Below, in pieces: positions 59,284 through 64,000 of a DNA stretch of 64,000 nucleotides. The notes beneath the pieces were generated by a model. It saw nothing but the letters and a program-made list of their open reading frames with translations, was not told where the DNA came from and did no database searches. Every line of letters starts with the position of its first letter. The first letter of the stretch is position 1. The position numbers were made by a program, and so were the translations under genes. Source of the DNA: an uncultured bacterium (GTDB lineage Bacteria > Actinomycetota > Acidimicrobiia > Spongiisociales > ZC4RG35); contig CAWGTX010000010.1 of NCBI GenBank assembly GCA_963825585.1, positions 298,554 to 362,553 of the forward strand, given 5' to 3'.

Positions 59284-61302
59284 TCAGCGTCGCAGGTACT
59301 CGACGAGGAAGGCGTACACGTCGGCTGACGCCTCGATCAGCTTCGAGGTGGGCTTGCCGAGACCGTGGCCGGCCCGGGTATCGACACGCACCAGAAGCGG
59401 GGCTTCGGAGGATCCGCCGGCAGCGTGCTGCACGGCGGCGGCCAGCTTGAGGGCGTGCATGGGTACCACTCGGTCGTCGGACTCCGCCGTCGTGATCAGC
59501 AGAGGCGGCAACGCCACCCCGTCTTCGACGTTGTGATAGGGCGAATAGGCCCGCAACCAGGCGAAGGCCTCGGGATCGGTCGGGTCTCCGTACTCGGCGG
59601 TCCAGTAGCGGCCGGCAGTGAACAGATGGAACCGCAGCATGTCGGCCACCGGGACCTGAGACACCACCGCCCCGAACAGCTCGGGACGCTGCAGCATGCA
59701 GGCGGCGGTGAGCAGGCCTCCGTTGGAGCCTCCATTGATGCCGACCCCTCGCGGCGTGGCCACGCCTTCGGACACCAGGTGTTCGGCGCAGGCGATGAAG
59801 TCGTCGAACACCTGCTGCTTGTTCCCGAGCATCCCCTGCCGATGCCATTCCTCACCAAGCTCAGCTCCTCCCCTCAGGTTGGCGACGGCGACCACGCCAC
59901 CTTCCCGGAGGAAGGCGAGCCGGGCTGGGCTGAACGTGGGTGTGAGGCTGACGTTGAAACCGCCGTACCCGTACAGCTCAACCGGGGCAGGCAGCACCGT
60001 GTCGACGCGCCTGACCAGAAACATCCCCACCGAGGCTCCGTCGGTGGATGTCACGTGATGGCGTTCCACCGCCAGCGTGGCTGGGTCCATGGGCGGCGGC
60101 GACTGGAAGAACACCTCCGTCACGCCAGCGGTCCAGGACAGCGCTGTCGGCGGGTGGACGAAGGACTGGAATCCGATCCCGATGAGGTCCTCGTGGGGAT
60201 GGCCGGTGATCTCGGTGACCGAGCCGACATCGGGGAGCTCGATCGAGCCGGCCGGCGTTCCGTCGATCTCGAACAGCTCGATCGTGTGCGACGCCTCGTC
60301 CAACCACACCACCACCAGACGTTGGGCGGCCACCATGGCGTTGTCGATGGACGAGCTGCGCTCGGCAACCAGTTCGATCACGGTGTCCGGGTCGTCGAGA
60401 GGTATCGCCACCACTCGGCCATTGGGGGCGTCGAGATCGGTGTGGCAGATCGCACGTCCGTCCCGGACGTCGAGCACGGAGTGCATCGCCAACCCCGGTT
60501 GCACGAGTCGTTGGAACGGCGCTTCGGGCTGGTCGAGAGGGCGAACGAGCACACCGTTCTGGACGCTGGTCCCGATCCACTCGGTCAGGACCAGATGGGT
60601 GTCCGTCACGCTCGGGTGGTATCCCGGAACGGGGTCGTCGACGTTGGCGAAGATGAGCGTGTCGGCGTCCTGCTGATTGCCGATGGCGTGATGGTGTACG
60701 GTCATGTCCCACGAGGGTTCGGTGGAGCCCACCGCCTGATCGGGGAAGCGGTTGTAGAAGAACCCGCTGCCATGCCAGGCGATACCCGGGAACTTGACGT
60801 GACCGAGCACGTCGCCGAGATCCAGTCCCGTATCGACCTCCCGTATCCGGATCGTCTGCCAGTCGCTGCCGGCCTCGGCGACCGAGTACGCCAAGAGCCG
60901 TCCGTCCGGCGAGAGCGAGGCGACGTTCACGGCCACCGCCCCATCCTCGGACATGGTGGACGGGTCCAGAATGGGACGGGGCGGACGCCGGCCGTCATCG
61001 ACCATGAACGACGGTTGCTCCGAGAGCCCCTGGTTGAACGTCCACAACGTGACGTCTGCCCGACGGATGGGAGCCGAACTGCGGGGGACGTCCCACATCG
61101 ATCGCATCGCCTCGACCAGACCGGGTCTGGACGGCAGACCATCCAGGTGTGCCCGGGTGAGGAGGTTCTGGGCGGCAACGAACGCCCTGGTGTCCTCCGA
61201 TGCCGCGTCCTCCAACCACCGGTACGGGTCGGACACCTCCACACCGTGGCACAGGTCGACGACAGGATCCCGACGAGCGGGCGGATAGACGAATGTGGGC
61301 AT
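59284..61302 (-). CDS. prolyl oligopeptidase (S9A family)
   Basis: N-terminal beta-propeller region (…DPYRWLEDAASEDTRAFVAAQN…) and a C-terminal catalytic domain with GGSNGGLL (nucleophile Ser) and Asp/His motifs. Confidence 0.9.
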   Translation of the reverse strand: MPTFVYPPARRDPVVDLCHGVEVSDPYRWLEDAASEDTRAFVAAQNLLTRAHLDGLPSRPGLVEAMRSMWDVPRSSAPIRRADVTLWTFNQGLSEQPSFMVDDGRRPPRPILDPSTMSEDGAVAVNVASLSPDGRLLAYSVAEAGSDWQTIRIREVDTGLDLGDVLGHVKFPGIAWHGSGFFYNRFPDQAVGSTEPSWDMTVHHHAIGNQQDADTLIFANVDDPVPGYHPSVTDTHLVLTEWIGTSVQNGVLVRPLDQPEAPFQRLVQPGLAMHSVLDVRDGRAICHTDLDAPNGRVVAIPLDDPDTVIELVAERSSSIDNAMVAAQRLVVVWLDEASHTIELFEIDGTPAGSIELPDVGSVTEITGHPHEDLIGIGFQSFVHPPTALSWTAGVTEVFFQSPPPMDPATLAVERHHVTSTDGASVGMFLVRRVDTVLPAPVELYGYGGFNVSLTPTFSPARLAFLREGGVVAVANLRGGAELGEEWHRQGMLGNKQQVFDDFIACAEHLVSEGVATPRGVGINGGSNGGLLTAACMLQRPELFGAVVSQVPVADMLRFHLFTAGRYWTAEYGDPTDPEAFAWLRAYSPYHNVEDGVALPPLLITTAESDDRVVPMHALKLAAAVQHAAGGSSEAPLLVRVDTRAGHGLGKPTSKLIEASADVYAFLVEYLRR

Positions 61303-61396
61303 CGCTCATGAGGGTACCCAACCCTTTGGTCGTCGTTAGCGCCCGATTAGGACCGGTGCCCGTACGTTGTGCTGGTCCGTACAAGGGGAGTCAGAA

Positions 61397-62383
61397 ATGC
61401 CCACGAATCACACCACCCACGACAACCAGCGCCGATTACGGCGCACACTGGCCGTCGGCCTCGCCGCCGGGCTGATGCTGCCCACGACCATCGCCCTCGC
61501 CAAGCCCGGCGAACAGTCCAGTCGGACGGCAACCCGACCTGCCGCATCCGCACAAGTTCCGCCCCGGGGTCCGGTTGCCCGCCCGGCCGCCCAGGTCGAC
61601 ACCGTGTACCGGGGTGCGCTGGACGGGGCGCTCGGCACCCACACGTGGTCCGGGGATCTCTTCGGCACCGGGACGATCACCAGCGTCAGCTACGAGGTGG
61701 TTCTCGATGATGCCGGCGTCCCGCTCGTGACCGGTGTCGTGGTCGACGACTCCAGTCTTCCGGCAGGCGCGACCTACGAACTGCGCTCATCGACCAACCG
61801 CACGTCGGGTACCGACGATCGACCAAAGGACGACGAACCGAAGCCGGACGAGTCCCCGGAGGAGCCGGTACCGGTAGAGGTGGTCGCAACCGTGGAAGAG
61901 GAGACGACCACGACCACGTCGGTCGAGGAGACGACCACCACCACAGTGGTCGAAGACACGACCACCACGGAATCCGCGGAGTCGTCGACGGTCACGTTCG
62001 CCTCTCGGGGCGGCGTCAAGTTCTCCATGGACGGACGCTGGGCCGGCCTGCTCCTGCTGGCGCACGGTCGACTCGGTGACGAGCCGGTGATCGCGGTCCG
62101 CACCGTGATGGTGTCGCCTGCGGCCGAGCGTCCCGACCCGGTCGACGAAACCACGACAACCACCATCGCCATCCCAACCGAGGACACCACCGAGAAGCCC
62201 GACCGCGCAGATGACGAGCGTGACGATTCGGATCGGGACACGAAGGATCGTGATCGGGACCAGGATCGTGATCGGGACCGCAATACGGATCGTGATCGGG
62301 ATCGGGACCAGCGCGGAGACCGCGGCAACCGTGGCGACGAGCGCGGAGATCGCGGACGAGACAAGCCTCCCACAGGCTCCTGA
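61397..62383 (+). CDS. secreted protein with Thr-rich repeats and a C-terminal (RD)n / RG low-complexity tail
   Basis: Signal peptide MPTNHTTHDNQRRLRRTLAVGLAAGLMLPTTIALA; …DRDRDQDRDRDRNTDRDRDRDQRGDRGNRGDERGDRGRD… is encoded by GATCGTGATCGGGACC-type tandem DNA repeats; RBS AAGGGGAG. Confidence 0.65.
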   Translation: MPTNHTTHDNQRRLRRTLAVGLAAGLMLPTTIALAKPGEQSSRTATRPAASAQVPPRGPVARPAAQVDTVYRGALDGALGTHTWSGDLFGTGTITSVSYEVVLDDAGVPLVTGVVVDDSSLPAGATYELRSSTNRTSGTDDRPKDDEPKPDESPEEPVPVEVVATVEEETTTTTSVEETTTTTVVEDTTTTESAESSTVTFASRGGVKFSMDGRWAGLLLLAHGRLGDEPVIAVRTVMVSPAAERPDPVDETTTTTIAIPTEDTTEKPDRADDERDDSDRDTKDRDRDQDRDRDRNTDRDRDRDQRGDRGNRGDERGDRGRDKPPTGS

Positions 62384-62459
62384 GCTGCCCTGGTGGGGGG
62401 TCCCGACGGGGGATCTCTGGAAACAGGGGGGTCGAGACCTCCCCACCGCTCAGGAGAAC

Positions 62460-62489
62460 GTCGACAGGTCAACAGGTCAACAAGTCAGG
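62460..62489. repeat. tandem octamers GTCGACAGG-TCAACAGG-TCAACAAG-TCAGG
   Basis: Direct reading; third locus of the YCRACAGG family. Confidence 0.85.
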
Positions 62490-62549
62490 CGAGGGGCGGT
62501 CGATCGGCCGGTGCCGTCTGGCCGATCGAATCCACTGGCCCTCGACAAT

Positions 62550-62586
62550 GAGAAGAGCCCGGCCGTGAATCGGTCGGGCTCTTCTC
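62550..62586. terminator. bidirectional terminator hairpin GAGAAGAGCCCGGCCG-tgaat-CGGTCGGGCTCTTCTC between convergent genes
   Basis: 16-bp stem with one mismatch. Confidence 0.6.
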
Positions 62587-62682
62587 ATCCCATTCAGTGG
62601 CTCAGTCCGCTCACCGACCATCGGGCAGACACACTGAATCCACCGTCGATCACGGGTCCGCACACGCCTCTCGGGGGACCGC

Positions 62683-63966
62683 TCACTCGGCGAGGGGGAT
62701 CCGCAGCTCCACCACGGCACCACCGAGACGCTGACCCTTCGAGATGAGCATCGAACCGCCCGCCGACTCGGCGGTTCGACGGGCGATGTCGAGGCCGAGT
62801 CCGGTGGAGGAACCACCCGAACGACCGCGCTCGATCACATCCAGGTCGGGAAACCCCGGCCCGGCGTCCTCGATGCGCAGGATGGCGGTGCCGGCCAGAC
62901 GGGCGAGCGCCACATCGATGGGCACACCATCGTCGGTGTGCGAGAAGACGTTACCGAGAACCGCGTCGAGCATCGCTTCCCCGTCCGGGCGGCCGAACCT
63001 GACGGGGAGAGGGAACTCGTGAATCCTGGACGTCACGATGCGTCCCTGGTCCTCGGCCAGCGGTCCCCAGAAGCCGATTCGATCCGCCACGAGGACACTC
63101 AAATCGGTGACCGCGGACTGGGCCCGGATGGGTCGGCGTGCCTCCTCGATCACGAACGTGACCATGCGCTCCAACTCCGCCAGGTCGTCGAGCAGCCGCT
63201 CCTTCTGTCCCCCATCCTCGAGCGCTTCGATGTCGAGACGGACCGACGTCAATGGAGTGCGCAGCCGGTGCGACAGGTCGGCGGCCTGTTCGCGCTCATG
63301 TTGGAGCAGCATGGTGATGCGCTCGGCGAGACGGTTGAACTGGGTTCCCACCTCCCGCAACTCGGCCGGACCCTGCGGGGTCACCCGCACCGACAGGTCA
63401 CCTTCCCCCAGCCGGGCGGTCGAGGCAGACAGCGACCGGACCGGTCGCACCACCGAGCGGCCGAGACGGTCGGCCACGAAGATGGCGATCACCGTCAGCA
63501 CAAGTCCCAGCCCTCCGAGTGTGATCCACGACCCGGTCACCCCCTCGGTGAGCAGGTCGTCGCCCACGAACGCCCTCACCACGACACCCGGGCCTTCAGT
63601 CCTCGGAACCGGGACATAGACGGCCACACCGCCGGGAACCTCGTCGTTACGGAAGGCTGTACCACCCAGGGCGAGCGTCAGGTCCTCGTCGGCCGACGGA
63701 GGCTCGCCGAGGACGGTTCTGTCTCCGACCACGATCGAGATGCCTGCGGTGGAGAACTCATCCTCGAAATCGGCCACGGCGTCGTCGATGCCCACCCGTG
63801 GCAGCAGTACCGCCAGCACGCGTGCCACCCCTTCGGCATCCCGCTCGGCCCGATTGACCGCTCGGTCGTAGGCGAGGTCCGAGACCACAACGAACAACGG
63901 GACCAGAAAGGCGATGGCCACCATCGACGTAACGGCGGCCGAGAGGACCACCATTCGCCCTCTCAT
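62683..63966 (-). CDS. sensor histidine kinase (HAMP-HisKA-HATPase; MprB/MtrB-like)
   Basis: Two TM helices, HAMP, H-box …LSHRLRTPLTSV… and G-boxes …DAGPGFP…GLGLDIARR…. Confidence 0.85.
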   Translation of the reverse strand: MRGRMVVLSAAVTSMVAIAFLVPLFVVVSDLAYDRAVNRAERDAEGVARVLAVLLPRVGIDDAVADFEDEFSTAGISIVVGDRTVLGEPPSADEDLTLALGGTAFRNDEVPGGVAVYVPVPRTEGPGVVVRAFVGDDLLTEGVTGSWITLGGLGLVLTVIAIFVADRLGRSVVRPVRSLSASTARLGEGDLSVRVTPQGPAELREVGTQFNRLAERITMLLQHEREQAADLSHRLRTPLTSVRLDIEALEDGGQKERLLDDLAELERMVTFVIEEARRPIRAQSAVTDLSVLVADRIGFWGPLAEDQGRIVTSRIHEFPLPVRFGRPDGEAMLDAVLGNVFSHTDDGVPIDVALARLAGTAILRIEDAGPGFPDLDVIERGRSGGSSTGLGLDIARRTAESAGGSMLISKGQRLGGAVVELRIPLAE

Positions 63967-64000
63967 GCTTCGGGTTCCACCAACTTCACGCCGACACCGC
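63963..64000 (-). CDS. C-terminal end of an OmpR-family response regulator (runs off the window end)
   Basis: The minus frame reads …GVGVKLVEPEA*; its TGA overlaps the kinase ATG as ATGA. Only 12 codons are visible. Confidence 0.4.
   Translation of the reverse strand, partial: GVGVKLVEPEA

Overview
High-GC (~68-70%) actinobacterial-type chromosomal segment, densely packed on both strands with about 55 protein-coding genes. GTG starts are common and many gene pairs overlap as ATGA (stop/start). Gene content: acyl-CoA metabolism (acetoacetyl-CoA synthetase, acyl-CoA dehydrogenase, Acs, PrpE-like ligase, hotdog thioesterases), purF-purM, a class-III aminotransferase, Nth, Lnt, SuhB, a flotillin/NfeD pair, a GH42 beta-galactosidase, M3 and S9 peptidases, a csoR-copZ-copA copper operon, four ABC transporter pairs, two MFS transporters and two histidine kinases. 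I found no rRNA, tRNA, CRISPR array, transposase or integrase. The non-coding DNA is unusually rich in structure: intergenic hepta/octamer tandem repeats (GCGACGA, CTGGCTG, GTCRACAGG, GACATCCCT, GGAGGAAG); a dispersed 32-nt core element present as inverted copies 31 kb apart; MIRU-like 87-bp and 133-bp tandem repeats; AGAACG-based long inverted repeats; and a triplicated palindromic operator-like unit. Three genes carry apparent single-base frameshifts, which may be assembly errors or pseudogenes. Unusual proteins are a lipase-like alpha/beta hydrolase split by a ~13-TM insertion, a small Cys3His zinc-ribbon protein with its own promoter and terminator, a 2-TM protein wedged between two ABC exporter halves, and an MFS-cNMP fusion.
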